A stretch of 64,000 nt of DNA from Giardia intestinalis (lineage: Eukaryota): assembly GCA_000002435.2 (NCBI GenBank), contig CM018793.1; one strand, 5' to 3'. Within the stretch, counting starts at the first letter, position 1. Each line of letters begins with the position of its first letter. The notes under the pieces are model-generated. The model searched no databases. It had not been told where the DNA came from and saw nothing but the letters and a program-made list of their open reading frames with translations. Both the position numbers and the translations under genes were made by a program. Shown one piece after another: positions 21,201 to 31,420 of the stretch.

Positions 21201-23971
21201 TCTTATTATATACCTTTGCCTGTATGGTGTTCTTTTTCTTTTTCATCGTTAACATGACATTTCCACTTCATTTTCGGAGTCCCTTTGTCTCCTCTGGGCT
21301 AGACATCAACAGCTACTACGGACACTGGGGTAACATCTCTCACTTAGCTTTCCAGCTTCCTGTCAATGGCTGGGACTCTGCAACGATATATACGGAGCAA
21401 CTAGCGCAGCGGCAACTATATAACATTAGCCAAATCACAAAGTATTGGGCAGCAGTCCAGTCAACCCCGTCTTCTTTTATCGTCGATGGCAGCGACCTAG
21501 TGGCATACATGACTGGAATTCGCGCCACCGAATTTGCTTCCGACAAACTTTATTCCCCATTCTACATTAACAAGTACATGGATGAGCTTGTGCAGACACC
21601 GTTTCTATATGCTTTTGACTACATTAAGGATCATACTAAACTGGTTGTGTCGCTTCTGCAATGGTTAGATGATGTCAGCTTTATAAGCTCCGCATCCTAT
21701 GGCGCCTCGAGATGCTTGGAATGTACCACAATATACTACCTCTTGCAGTATGTTCTAAAAGTCTCTCCTGTGTCGCTAATATACCAGATAGAACTATTAT
21801 CCCATCTTTCTAGCGTCAGCACAGAGGATCTTATAAAAGCTGACTATTATCTGGATTTCTTCACGGTACACAAACGCTTTTTAGACGTGTTTTCAAATAT
21901 TCATGATAAGCTGTGGCAGGGACTTGCCTCTTCTGCAGACGTATCCACCATTTCTGCATTTATGCAGCGCTATAAGTACTTTGCCAACTATAATACCACA
22001 GGGGCTGCCAATTACGATGAAAGCGCAGCTATTGCCCTGGTGAACAGTGTGCCGCCTAATACTGCCCTACCGAGCATGATCAGCAAGCATGGAAACCTTG
22101 TGCGCAAATTACTCGAACGTCTCTATGGAGGGTCTATTATTTTTGATGCTATCATCTTCTTGCTATTCTTGATCTCCTTGACTGCATACTTAATAGTAGG
22201 CTGTGTATTTGTATACAAGAGCGTTCTGTTGACGGTTAGAATGTATACGAAAATCTCTGCTGTCACACGGTGCGCGTGTAGTATCAAATACCTTGTTTCT
22301 TGCTTTCTGCCCCTTGACTTAATGTTTTTGGTTCCGGCTCTGTTAGTCGTGGCCCTTATTATGTCGCTGCCGATCATTTATGACGCAAGCACAACCATGG
22401 TAGCAATACTTGGCAACTACATAAACTATCCTCTATCTGCTGAGGCCATTTTGCGTGAAAATGCCGCATTTTCTCATCAGCTGACTCCTTTGTCATATAC
22501 AAAGTTCTCCACGATGCAGACTATCACAAACTACCTTGCTCTTCTAATCTTCTTGTTGTCCTCGCTGTCTCACCACGTAATTCTTCGTAGCAGAACGGTT
22601 ATTGATACCGTAGGCTACATCAGGTATACCAAGGGACAAGAGCAAGAGCTGTTCAACGCAGAGAAGAATCCATTTGTGCTTTCTATTAAGGAAAAGGTTA
22701 CTATCTGCAGGCCTGCGAACAACTCGGCTATGGATCATGACAAAAATGATGATAGTAACGACAGTAACGCTTACTTTAATTTGTATGATGATTATATACC
22801 TACAGCTGATAGTCTAGCATGCGATGATGCTAAAAGCATTGGGAAGGCTGGCGCCCATAAGCCAAATAAGGACCCTTTCCTGCGAGAAGAGTGCGAAACA
22901 ACTGCTACTTATGACCTACCCGTTTTTCTTCCACCGTTGTTCATACCTAAACAGAAGTTGGAATATGTTGAGGTCTTCTTGCGCTACGCTCTGATCTGCT
23001 TGCTTATCTGTTCAATACACTTACTTCTTTCTGCATCTCGTTTGGCAGACTACAATCCAAGGAACATCCCAATTGCGTTTCTTGATCAATTAATACATAA
23101 TTATAATGTGCTACGGGGGCAACTCTCACAGATGTATGCATATCCGCCGACAAAGTACAGAGAGTCCCATCTGATCGTCACTACCTTTAGATGCTTTAGA
23201 CAACTGATCACCTTTCTCTTGGCCAACAAGTACACGCAAAGGACCCTATCCATCCCCATTCAAAGCATGCGCGTCTTCAAAAATATAGGCATAGACAACG
23301 CCTTCTACCAGTATGGCCAACACATTAAAGACTTTCTCCAGTCAAACATATATGGCTATACCAATAAAGTGATGGACTTCTCAGGATCAAGTGTGGAATA
23401 TGACCCCGTAATGCCGACCACGTGGATGAGTGGGAGCAAGTATTATAACATGTGGTCCAACCTTCCACCTAACAACAGGTCACGACTGTTTGTGTCAACC
23501 AAGATTCCTAACTATCACAAAGACGGGTTTGCTGACAACAGTGTCCTTTTTCCGCTCTACCAAAAGCTTCTTCTTTTTGAGTATGCATACTATCAGCCGA
23601 ACTTCGCCAATATTCAGAAGGACCTGGATAACTTGTTAACGCGCTCGGCTACTGGTACGTATGGATATAACTTTCCTAATTTTCTCCCTGAGCACAAGAA
23701 GATCATATTCTTTGACATACTGAGGAACCAGATGTGGACGGAGAGCCTCTATTGTAACCATTACCTTAGAATGGCCGGCATACTTCTACACTCTATTTCA
23801 ATCCTCCGAGCGCTCACAGAGCTGTCGGTTCTTTTAATTATCATTCTAGTTGTTGCAATTATTCATATAACGGCATACAAGCTTCTGTTACTGTTTTACA
23901 ATAAGAAGTTGACTCTATATGAGGTTTTTACGGTCCTGTTGTTGAAGCGGATTCGTGGCCTCGTGAATTAG
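12197..23971 (+). CDS. Giant multi-pass membrane protein (3924 aa), hypothetical
   Basis: A single 11.8-kb ORF. There are clusters of hydrophobic helices at the N-terminus (first ~330 aa), around aa ~2470, ~2830 and 3300-3420, and at the extreme C-terminus. A Cys cluster CTNCPRCRVHAVCNHCH...CPDCNRPC lies near aa ~760. The true start is probably a downstream Met (for example 12266), because the first codons overlap the divergent neighbour. Confidence 0.85.
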   Translation: MPTSPRMRSRSALIKIFRGEQLAMLEVFISVFVFLRHHSFDASPAVLLMSIFWVIAGTTLLLSPQLGSPYLLSHYIYNVIMSMLLIKDVYFFPSKASVLLLLIPLLNLLPLFMIILIRFFTPRPPNTFIYILCYLTQIFMFLWLEGCGPYAFYKLSGSLALLLKRIAEGIATRGFFPAIFSTDSLVLIYYSVLTVFHYQINLSFMHAQNTAAIRETKLFFAPSFIPLQRFRLLYLISLIVQQFFENIVFSIYFVYCALVFVNAYLIASRGSLSHVHNGPWITLSLSTFILFYSCYNILITIFPLIVGKVSRYSTLLMICLPISLAVSVGVTVTLLVLGKRIRINVINDHKRIKVRHSSSFRGRHRCLTIRLLSTIPAKNVSVKVLTSDGHHPAMQKDTAVLLDPTAIQNYTLHTPLSKSMVMILAFYFDIHTVASFVLPNDYTFTTDDINSLVYLIKDSKSTRRLPEERVKERPGAHPNSIVSLPQLHSDANNLIGSPPLTSSIVDSSNIERPRSASATHRHTTFLHHAFSIPDTSLTMNREALAVEHLVSCSTDAPAPCYKSSNDALTYPSNSSSEDSPNLYGISATQGANCPLPTGHTSKASTTPKTGCETPKELPLTPNQKIFRDFLGTLDPQKIFTYVVQAENLLEDFRLFYENIYASLFLSYCAASQTLESMTLLDIEECLPIPLLLRYLRAWKTPSDAYNSIIYYIDQLKSVDDLKREYQAARATRRELEHASTAPNATRSLTLKPIFVEARKIPSFTCSNSCTNCPRCRVHAVCNHCHAKIAILLKSTFNFVMGRMKTDKPPSRGFNCPDCNRPCSLKIVESLSKKQNRKIPGTTLHTTSVKPRIPQNYTTFLNKLTPLGRRIQTPTAYSRKKLPAVDFLSFETVSEQTDANLPHSRQHSKRLSRDVVQLLLKAFINDMENSINEETPMICEWATQKYASTNATDQASLDAKQRPNSNTDSKMFSRDQNIGLLHKSYSVISPQNFNGSIYFLSPEIFADVTISEESKSFLYNCRKQNYLFTIFLPTITSTSSTTGNIHRLSFAYDRAASLTSPLRILRMKVLIHLARMLFPVHLYVDSIYPIQLVPCYKFYTLGRSYIENATNRVSMIYSPEFLLKRQKDSEVRVISKNTSLKKSIQAMYHQEPLYLYCLAQNALTIKTQDKMDSSILQFVNVEYLFMQAAFTGISSSYLSFFYRLYYTNNVSFFTHLLSLSKHSSDADFPVDLTTKLDKHGSSLSTIPGSIAINGLSIALNCHTLSDQTADAYAVIDRLLGGMYSVQIPIYTWLEMAKIRLSTCTVYLELLRGLNSDIFSRYESVPAITSSHSVPMEMSSIPSIPSGLELDADEKRTPLVFEHGITNAERQDKTRLRHGHSFNVSTLEDYHRLHDAIAELLSVCQTLLDKQVSELGFPNESHEVQMTRILDGCKSFFRHYYVFSTQHLLHVVFDLPGIVKYAPRNTRSKPIYRYRNGIPELITHSRKYSNHPTDTLDAASADTEELGSESSSDYLESPPLRLEPDIEDSGSDVQDNSTAFVAHSPALALDGFNKLFIPQLPHMATSSHPKALVISKKQIAANLFAIYEHVILENDMLETILLNNITINGLPSIDINGMPFSLLSLLGKTPSRCVDGSPTKDSSDTPHGCTPTTSIDVAKLQDLLSSHAQALAKEKYIDKLMQHFSSRSLYDKVGSDHYSQISAPRLRQIILSLITDNASDYQSSASGYGNMSLDNAPPSSSVLDSEPCAGAAPALPNVSATFSATFSTSASTTYSHVTEAQNTFTEPLVSAKDFAFLGPTMASNVDRFGIKRKAGYKSSKLSSWKFSLSSLNSSKLLRRFISKGSKSSSLSLLEPEKIKLFLKAGSAYVPFDFPLSGGSVSSSLASDPVSTQQLLLAMIVMLNLLHLYSSSNVLTTYEYRGRQLLTLQQNRFIVDSTGEYYPAAYRQELEQSYTLNFNTQNPDDAVKKFIYCFDESFTGLFPIKSPILCKRYLNTDFDLTIPIDGMKYIHVSDSPSNLLAPTSRSKWLENLKQPDFNTPINVYECIEAQVSMNMGFSLIRYRLRFRNLLLYNSIVFDTLIQLRNIIRVDSTLRAKIHAYKMLPRLGMFSNHSDVLLKSFFEKIINIQDSILTSDPSALHIPHGGATMKASIADTRNSAPTPMLIHHCKRLHECLDVLCRYEHILQSLWTMRLTLLRHSYAEEDFLLLLQNECLRALSTSYGIPSEYFFALFSNIMNLDPETKQCYMSSSIEHAFPKHYALLYQLRSSNQDDREVTLSYPLLDESTYARQQNVIRYFSAMEYDAKRIETANRKFFITIAELFALGKDPLGQIEHILAASPRAAGAYILGPTFDTLQLFKGTIGVDAAFPHSNISIATKDPLDKAEEPKDFDDLAYSSSVLTDDPTNSLCPSSETTLSMTQNSHPPLAKTTAKDVQHSDFQSIFRKDNSTISNVKDDSFNRNKRSCGKPDLNSGACARIHTQHWRIVACLYTNSSLILITLFYIFLVCYLLFIYSYSLTNHVIAKSLLQQGGHISGMMAALSDLQTEINMNVALQQTKNNPFEILSSYAERFNEIANNAYSAHVITAAMYNGLSINDVVQRELELSAFWPPPMLYYSGEQIMNVEDLNVNSGHQNITCTVTMGTLSDQSIATLTNSRDKWPANLSYLKSKLLPLKNLKYLLNFKVWTQTRDFLQLQQSDIKEYLDTYNEFSIGLYDGSFRNFITNYPVTIPITSSYSIEQPDGTLKDQLNSHSTNYFETTDILVNRVVCIAASMIYISQQASSFNPQYISSKESSMLTLYRPMASLMLETDFLQTTYQSMYVNLQEIMINTWAMYSRYTLNRLVLLAFTFLAVGLFIPLYYLSFQRVQRRLLKAKLDRACTLANILSLPKAILESLMDNYAQASMIPFKQFLWGNKGYSATDIDLPREYYSDIYSYTQSKSVYNQTHFNLAELTIHSSKVIENNVKIKQHNDPDCSLKFYSHTDEISLILRLVAIYDNLSNSKMHILLYTFACMVFFFFFIVNMTFPLHFRSPFVSSGLDINSYYGHWGNISHLAFQLPVNGWDSATIYTEQLAQRQLYNISQITKYWAAVQSTPSSFIVDGSDLVAYMTGIRATEFASDKLYSPFYINKYMDELVQTPFLYAFDYIKDHTKLVVSLLQWLDDVSFISSASYGASRCLECTTIYYLLQYVLKVSPVSLIYQIELLSHLSSVSTEDLIKADYYLDFFTVHKRFLDVFSNIHDKLWQGLASSADVSTISAFMQRYKYFANYNTTGAANYDESAAIALVNSVPPNTALPSMISKHGNLVRKLLERLYGGSIIFDAIIFLLFLISLTAYLIVGCVFVYKSVLLTVRMYTKISAVTRCACSIKYLVSCFLPLDLMFLVPALLVVALIMSLPIIYDASTTMVAILGNYINYPLSAEAILRENAAFSHQLTPLSYTKFSTMQTITNYLALLIFLLSSLSHHVILRSRTVIDTVGYIRYTKGQEQELFNAEKNPFVLSIKEKVTICRPANNSAMDHDKNDDSNDSNAYFNLYDDYIPTADSLACDDAKSIGKAGAHKPNKDPFLREECETTATYDLPVFLPPLFIPKQKLEYVEVFLRYALICLLICSIHLLLSASRLADYNPRNIPIAFLDQLIHNYNVLRGQLSQMYAYPPTKYRESHLIVTTFRCFRQLITFLLANKYTQRTLSIPIQSMRVFKNIGIDNAFYQYGQHIKDFLQSNIYGYTNKVMDFSGSSVEYDPVMPTTWMSGSKYYNMWSNLPPNNRSRLFVSTKIPNYHKDGFADNSVLFPLYQKLLLFEYAYYQPNFANIQKDLDNLLTRSATGTYGYNFPNFLPEHKKIIFFDILRNQMWTESLYCNHYLRMAGILLHSISILRALTELSVLLIIILVVAIIHITAYKLLLLFYNKKLTLYEVFTVLLLKRIRGLVN

Positions 23972-24140
23972 TGTTTCTTTTTTGACTACTATGAACGTTG
24001 TCTACCGACAATCGTTGCGAAGTCGTGGATACCACGGTTTGGGGTTCGCATAACTGTTCAGGTTCTAACTGATTAACCGACTATTTAATTTTGTCTTCAA
24101 TTACAATTAGACTTTTCCTTAAAAAGGCGAAAGATCCTGG

Positions 24141-25688
24141 ATGAGTGACCGACTTTTTCACAGTGGCTGGATTTTAAAGACTGACAGCGTGTCAGCGTCG
24201 CACGGTCATGGAGCAAAGCCTGTGTTAGCATCTCGGCGGGGCGGATCGGTGCCTAGCAATATTCGGCGCATAAGGACATTGAATCAATCTGGGCCGACTG
24301 TGGCGACGCCACCGTCAAAGCGACGCAATCATTTCAATGTCCCGGTAAGCCAGGTGATGTCGAAAGGGAACCTCCCTGGGCATGTTATTGCGTCAACTCC
24401 TGGGCACACCTTCGGAGAGACGTCAGAATCGCTCCAGCAGGACATGCGGCTAAGCAATCCGGCCCGGCAGAACACTCCGCAATCAAACATTTTCTCCGAA
24501 TCAGCCCTGCACCTCAGCGGCGAGCACATTAACATTGGACGCAGTAAAGAAAAGTCGTCCCGATTTGACGACTTCAGTCAGTACTACGCCGTTCTTGTGG
24601 GCACGATAGCTTCAGCGGACAATCCAGCTATTGCGGAAGTGAGTGAGTCATGTAACTTTTACACCGGCCTTACGGACAAGCAAGCTCTTGAGCTTAAGAG
24701 CCTCGTCAAAAATAAAATAGCAGCAAAGAACGCATTTGATGAAGTAAGTGTTGTGCAATTTCTCACGTCATTGTATTATTCTAACCAATCTCTCAATAAA
24801 GTCGGACTAGTAGAGCTTATTGAGGACTTAGGCGCTGCATATGTTGTCACTGACCCTCTGCGATTGATCAAAGAAAGAAATAAGAGAAAGGGCTTGAACA
24901 TTTACGGTGAACCATTGGAGGCAACTACTGCTCGAACTCTAGGTAAACCGCCAGAAGCTCCTCGCAAACAATCAAAGGAGCTGTCTCCGCAAGAGCTTCA
25001 GCTGAAAGATGAGCAAGTCATCAATCGGTTGGATTCTCCTGATCCCGTACCTATTTTATCTAGCATATCTTCAGTCTTACGCCAACGCCCAGAGGAGGTT
25101 TCTGTTGGAGTCGGCTCTATAAATATTACTACCAACGCAGACGAGCCAGAATCAGAAGAGGTCTCTGCTGCTGGAGCGCAACAATCGAGTAACAAATATG
25201 GGCTCAGACTCAACTTACTTCCCAATGCTCCTCCACTTATGCACGAATCGCTATTATTGTCGTCACGACGCCGATCTCCAAGTATTGTAGGGATGGGAGG
25301 AACTCCGCGACCTGATCCATATGCCAAAGCAACCTTTGTCGAAGGCTCAATCCCTCCTCAATCTGATATCGACCTTGTGGGTGGCACTCCACGTGTTTTT
25401 GATACCCAGCCGATTCAACATGCTAATCACGCTACCTCTCCTATCCGTAATAAAGATGCTATCACTATAAATTATGCAGAGGCCTCTGGTCTTCTGGGAG
25501 GACCTGACAAAAGCGGCATATCTCTTGTTACGGAGGATTACCAACGCGATCATTGCAATCTCGGTAATTATACTCTAAATTATCTCACGGGCCTCGAGAG
25601 CGAATCCATAATAGGATATGAAGGTCCAGCAGATACCAACAAAGAGCCCTATGTAATGGGCCGTTTTATAGATCCATATGACAATTAA
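24141..25688 (+). CDS. Hypothetical protein (515 aa), largely low-complexity or disordered
   Basis: It is the only long ORF in this interval and follows an A-rich stretch just upstream of the ATG. An AGTGAAT motif lies 17 nt after the stop. No domain recognised. Confidence 0.65.
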   Translation: MSDRLFHSGWILKTDSVSASHGHGAKPVLASRRGGSVPSNIRRIRTLNQSGPTVATPPSKRRNHFNVPVSQVMSKGNLPGHVIASTPGHTFGETSESLQQDMRLSNPARQNTPQSNIFSESALHLSGEHINIGRSKEKSSRFDDFSQYYAVLVGTIASADNPAIAEVSESCNFYTGLTDKQALELKSLVKNKIAAKNAFDEVSVVQFLTSLYYSNQSLNKVGLVELIEDLGAAYVVTDPLRLIKERNKRKGLNIYGEPLEATTARTLGKPPEAPRKQSKELSPQELQLKDEQVINRLDSPDPVPILSSISSVLRQRPEEVSVGVGSINITTNADEPESEEVSAAGAQQSSNKYGLRLNLLPNAPPLMHESLLLSSRRRSPSIVGMGGTPRPDPYAKATFVEGSIPPQSDIDLVGGTPRVFDTQPIQHANHATSPIRNKDAITINYAEASGLLGGPDKSGISLVTEDYQRDHCNLGNYTLNYLTGLESESIIGYEGPADTNKEPYVMGRFIDPYDN

Positions 25689-25704
25689 ATTTTTTTAGAT
25701 TAAT

Positions 25705-25711
25705 AGTGAAT
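25705..25711 (+). promoter_or_regulatory. Putative polyadenylation signal AGTGAAT
   Basis: It matches AGTRAAY and lies 17 nt downstream of the TAA stop at 25686-25688. Confidence 0.35.
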
Positions 25712-28700
25712 TATTTAGATTGGAATTTATTCAACACTCATTTTTAGATTAAAGATCAAGAGTAAAGGGTTGATAAGTTATGTTTCTAACGTTAGTCGTA
25801 TCTGTGCCTTGGCTCTATTGGCCTGTAATGTGGAGTATATGAAGCGTCGTGACATGGTATGCCAAGAAGCGCCCGGCGAGCAGGTATGCGCTAATAACCA
25901 TGGAAAAAAGCACTAGGGCTCTAAGGAAAACATGACCACGCGCGCCTAAGTTTATGAGGGAATTGCCTAATAACAAGTCCATTAGAAGCAAATTGATCCG
26001 AAGGAATTCAAAGATGCCTTGAAAGACGAACCTTCCCTGATAAGCATGTTCATCCGATATCTAAAAGTGTTACTTAATATACGAATTCTGTGAGATAAAG
26101 GGTAAAGGGGGCACTTTCTTATAAGATATGAATCATGTACTAACTGCTACAGATTCTTCTGACCTGGAGATCCTATGCTAATGATCTTTACTATGTATTC
26201 ATTGTGACTCTCAGACCATGGTATGTTGATTTTCTTTGGCAGTCTTCCAGACATGCCTTACGACGCGGGCCTCTGCCTGCTGGCCCTTGCTGCGGGGGGA
26301 CGCCCTTGCCGTAGCGCCCTGGTGGCCCGCGTCGCCGCTGAGTGTCCGCCGGCGCGTAGAAGACGAGGCAGGCCGAAGACGGCCTCCGTTGCCGGACGGG
26401 CGACGCACGGAGAGCATCCTGCCTCTAGCGCTATGCGTTACAGCAGGCTCGGCGAGCTGCCCTGGTGACCTCTAGTCTGTCCAGGCCAGCTGCAAGAGCG
26501 GGGGACTCGAAGGAGACGAGCCTCGTATGTTGTGGGCAGATGACATCCCGGACTAGCGATAGGAGCATGCTATCTAAAGCCTGCTCTCGAGCTTTGTAGG
26601 AAGAGCCTGGGATCTGGATGGCAGAGGCGCGATCGTGCAGATGCTTCGGGCCAAGCGGTGTGTTCGCCTAGCCATTGAGTGTGCTGAGTACCTCGATGCT
26701 GGTCACAGCTACCGGAGACTCGCAACAGAGACAGGCTCTGTGCAGTTGCTTAAGAGTTCTCGGTGCAGCATCAGATTCCCCGTACTCTTTCGATGACCAA
26801 GTACAGGCTGCCCGATGGTTCTAGATTTCAAAAGAAGAGGCTCCTCTGCCGGTTTGCCTATCTCGCACGACGGAGAGAGCAGTTGGGGCTATAAGGAACA
26901 TCGCAAGCGGCACTACTCAGGCCTGCTGGCTCCCTATAAGCACAGAAGAGAACCTTTTAGGTTCTGAGAGCATCTCGGGGGTCCTTGCCATACGCAGCAC
27001 GATAATTGAGAGCATCGCCTCCATACTGCAACTAGCAGGGTAGCTCTGCCGCAAGTGCCGAACCTCCCCAAAGAGAAGAATATAGTGATGAGACATCTGG
27101 ATCTCTGCACATTCTGAGAGCCTGGCTTGAGATACTAGCTGCTGTGCCCTTCGGTATCTCTGTGAAGCAACGGGCACTGCCACGGTGCCCGTTCACTGTC
27201 CCTGTGCATTCTTCGGCACGTGACAAAAACCACACAAAAGAGGCTGCTACTGGCTATGATATTGCCGATAGAAATTCTGACACCATTTACTTCGACCGAG
27301 TGAAGAGCGCAGGCCCGCTTCTATTCTCTCATAGAGGAACTTGGCTCTAGAGCTTTGATCTCTGTTCACACCTATTGGCCCCTGTGATCTGGCTTTTGTT
27401 CGGGGACGCGCAGATAGACCGTTTACAATAGATCGCGTCCGCGGCTTCTAGCCTTCGACAAAAGCTTAGCGACCGCCCAAGTATGTCCAAAGGACAATAG
27501 CAAAGAGAAAGCATACATGCTCAGATACACGGTCACACTGGATGTACTCGACTTGCCTGACGACGGTGATAACCCAGCCATTCAAGCAGGGAATACTATG
27601 ACCGCGAGTATAGAAGAAGCACCCTATCCAAGGGTCTACACTTGCTGATGGCACGGTGGTGCCCGTCCAACCACTTTTCTGATCCGGACTGGAGTCCCTG
27701 CCCACCTCTCTGCGCTGCATGCTCTGTTATGCAAGGGTCTCTGCACAGAGTCCGCTTGCTCGGTAGGACCGGCCAGTCCAGCAAGGCCGCATGTAAGCAT
27801 CAGTAGAGCTAGCCTTCTACCTTCTGCATCGATAAAGATCCGCCTTGAAAGGAGATGGATCGGGTACTAGAAGAGTAGACTGTCCGTCGAGATATCCGCG
27901 TCTTGAATTCCGTGGCACTATAGGTAGTGACTCTCGATCTCGATCTCGGTCACGGAAGACCGAGAGGAGGAGTGGCCCTCGCAGAGAAATCACCGAAAAG
28001 GCTGGGCCGCAACAGCGTTAGAAGCTACATTGCACAGCCTTCCAGCGTATGTTCAGCATGTCACCAGCGACGACTAGCGGGGACTACAAGATGGCGCGCT
28101 GCAGCAAATCTCGGCCTGCCGTCAGGTCTCTTGGGGCCTGGGTCTGACATGTGCGCATCAACATCAGAAGGATATGCATGCGTACTACAAGGGCCTAGAA
28201 AAGATCGTTGAGGATACTCTGCCGGGTATTAAAGATAAGAGGGAGCCATTTGCGAAACTAGCGTGCACGTAATATAGTCGGGTGGGCACATACTGGATAC
28301 CTGTTAAGAGAACGCTGCTTTATGCTAACGCATTTTTGGGACCACAGAAGAGCACTTCGGACGATTCTAATAAGGGCACAACCATACTCGTCAGGGCTGG
28401 CAGATGCTTCTCTTAAGTCTAGGCACTTCGAGACATCTCAAGCGATCGAGCAAAGAGCTCTGGGATTTTGTACTAAGGTTATGCTTAGACTGAAAGAGGC
28501 GAAGGAAGGATCCACAAACCATAGTGTTGTCTGTTAATAGAAGGATGCCTTGGGCAGACTCTCTAGAACATCTATCAGCGTGTATCAAAACTGATCTGCA
28601 GCATAGTACGGCTTAATTTTAGGAACTTCTGTCCAGGCTATGGCATGCTAAATATAGTCACTACGTAAGAAGATTGGTTTTCAGGGTACCACATTGCGCG

Positions 28701-31390
28701 CAATACACAGTGTGGTTCATTGGAAAATTTGTGTCTAATCATTGTGGCAACAGGGCTTCCATCTTGGTAGGTCATTGTCTGGCCAGTAACAAGACTTGCT
28801 TTCGATTCAGAAAAATGAGCGTCTAGGAAAAAATCGCGCACTCCAATGTGCATAGACACTCCGCCCGGCCTATTTTCCTGGGCAGAGCCACCTGTTGGCG
28901 CCTGCGTTGCATATGCCAGAGTTGGAAGGGGCCTCGAAGAAGCCAGCAGCTCACCATGGCTATTGCTGAGGAGCTGGATCGGATCCTCTGTGGCCTGTGC
29001 TATGCTAGGGAAGAACAAGCTGAGGGACGCAAGATCTTAAGCAAGGGCCCGTTGTTCTTACCGCTACGACGGACTACATTAATCATTACGCTTGAGCCTT
29101 GATTACGTCCTTAAAGCAATACTATAGCATAGCAGCAGAGACTGTGAGAATGCTAACTGACCCTAGTAATATATGCTATTGCTAGTGCAGCCCCAGGAGT
29201 GACGTGTCCTTTCTATTCTGCTATGTTACTCTGCACTGTTGCGTGTCACTTCCCACGTCTGGGGCCATGGATCACAGCAGCGAGCCATTGGGCCGCTCGA
29301 AGATGTGCTTTAATTATTCCGAAGGTGCATGGCCTTCGTTATCTGTCTGGATCAGTAGATGAGCCAATATTCTGGCCATTGCGGCTAAAAGTTCCCACAT
29401 GATCTTTTGTGACCCAACAGTACACGACCAGTAGACAGCCAGATGGGTTATTGCCGGTCCATTCTCCACCCTGGGCTAGATGGGCGCGCATCCTCAGCAG
29501 AGTGGGCTCCCCTGGAACTTCTGTGGTCTCAGATCATTTAGAGCATTCTGGGAGCATCCTTGATTCAAACTTGCATTAGACAAGCACGAACCGTTACATG
29601 ACTCAGAGGATCTCTAACTGCTCGACTACCCTACAACCAATGGTCAAACAGGCATTACAATGAGCGCGCCGGAATATCGGTTAATAGCTGTAATAATTGT
29701 GTCATCGATAGTCATCTAGAACGCTACGCTGCAGCTAACATCAAGGAACGCACTTCTGGAAGTGCCGCAGCCCGTTCAGCCACGGCTTCTGCTACCCTCA
29801 GGCCTAGTCAAATTGCTTCGCCAGGACAGAGAGTCATATGACTCCACAGTAGGTAGCTATGCGGCTCTCACCAGGACACTCGGCTTAGGCCAGCAACTGA
29901 TTCAACTTCCCTAACACGGGAACGCATGTTGACCCACTTCGCAATACGCAGTATGGCATCTTTTGAGCGTCGTCTTTGCACTTTGATGCACGGGAGAAAG
30001 CTTCCTGTTTCTGGCTAATTGGCACAGTGTTCACCGTACACTACACCCAGACCCTGCTTAGTTTCTGTGCATAACGCTTATCAGTGCTAGCAGGCGCAAT
30101 GAGTCTGCTATGGGCCGGGCATTCGTGGAACTGTAGACTGGCACAACGATATTCCAACCGCCGTATACTTCTGTGGTCAGAAGGCCTGGACAAACATACG
30201 AACTAAGCACCGTCTCTTAGGCGTTACTGCAGTAGCAGATCGGGTAGAGAGGACGGGAGGAGACCTGGGCAGAGAATCAGACATGGATCCAATTGAGTTT
30301 GGCTGCAAGGGCTATAAAGACCGGGATCGTACAAACAGCAAACGAACTTCTCCAGTAAAAAATATGCAAGACGAAGCATGGGCCTGTGGGAGGGTGCCAC
30401 TCCTATGGTCAATTACGATTAGCTTAACTCATTAGGATGAATAGGACAGTTTCTTCAATGTAGCCCGCCTAATGAAAAGATAATGTGCTAAATACTGCTC
30501 CACAAATAGATTTGTGTAAGCAGCCATGCGTGGCGTAAGGTAATTACTTGTAAACAGATACAAGTAGGGAGATACGTTGCTAATTTTAACGGCCTGACTT
30601 TGCGGAAGGCAACTTAATACCTGTTATGCAGGGGGCAGCTGACTGATGATTTATGCAACCCTGTATTTGGAGAAAGATACCTTGTGAGGGTCAGATAGTT
30701 TTCAGCCATACGCAATCTGACACCAACCGGTAGATCCTCTGATTCTATCGCATTCTGGTCTACCTCTATCTCTTTGCGTCTCTTCCCATTACCTGGACGG
30801 CCTATCTTTTTGGATACATCATGGCAGCTTTCTAGGCCTGCAAGATGCCTCAAAGTTTCTGCTTGAAACTATAGTAATTCGTACCTCTCGATGACGGTGC
30901 GTACTAGAGCTGAGTACCAACTACATATTGTGGTGGTTGTCAACGGAAGCGATACTCTGCGTAGTATCTCTTAAGCTTGCCGTAACAGGCCCCATAGATA
31001 TAAAGGCCACATGTAGTCTCCAGAGAAGCCCTTGAAAGTATCTGTGTTTGGTGACACAACGCACCAGAAACGAAGGGGAACGCCAAAGCGTCGTATGTTG
31101 AGTCGAAATAAGCCAATCTAATGGCTAGGGGTTTGGAGGCTACTTGATGCATTAGTCGTACACGGATAACAAGGAGATCGGGCTTTCATGCGTACAGGAG
31201 TCACTATCTCGGTCAGCTACTGTCTTCTATCGTTTGGCTCTAGGCCCCTAGTCTGCACTCATTATGAAGGGCCCCCTGCATTCGCGGTATAGGATTTGCT
31301 TTGTGTTCAAGCCATTGTGATCCTTATGGATCTGCTGTTGAGGAAGACCGAGCGAGCAGCCACTAAAAACCATAATAAAGAAATAGGGTC

Positions 31391-31420
31391 TGTGATCTTT
31401 CCACGCAAGCCACCGCCACC
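31391..31420 (-). repeat. 30-nt inverted-terminus core of the retroelement relic
   Basis: On this strand it reads tgtgatctttccacgcaagccaccgccacc. It matches 26 of 30 positions with the reverse complement of 34542-34571. Confidence 0.7.

Noticed and set aside
25691-25755. Three copies of TTTAGATT(A/G) downstream of the 24141-25688 gene
   Set aside because: It is a short AT-rich motif in a 3' intergenic region. This could be chance in low-complexity sequence, and there is no basis for a functional call.
26245-26261. Target-site duplication or terminal-inverted-repeat signature at the outer palindrome edges (a giant transposon model)
   Set aside because: The bases flanking the two outer edges (…gcctta and tgaggc…) are not direct repeats. 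Instead they continue as a decaying inverted match. There is no transposase ORF anywhere in the block.
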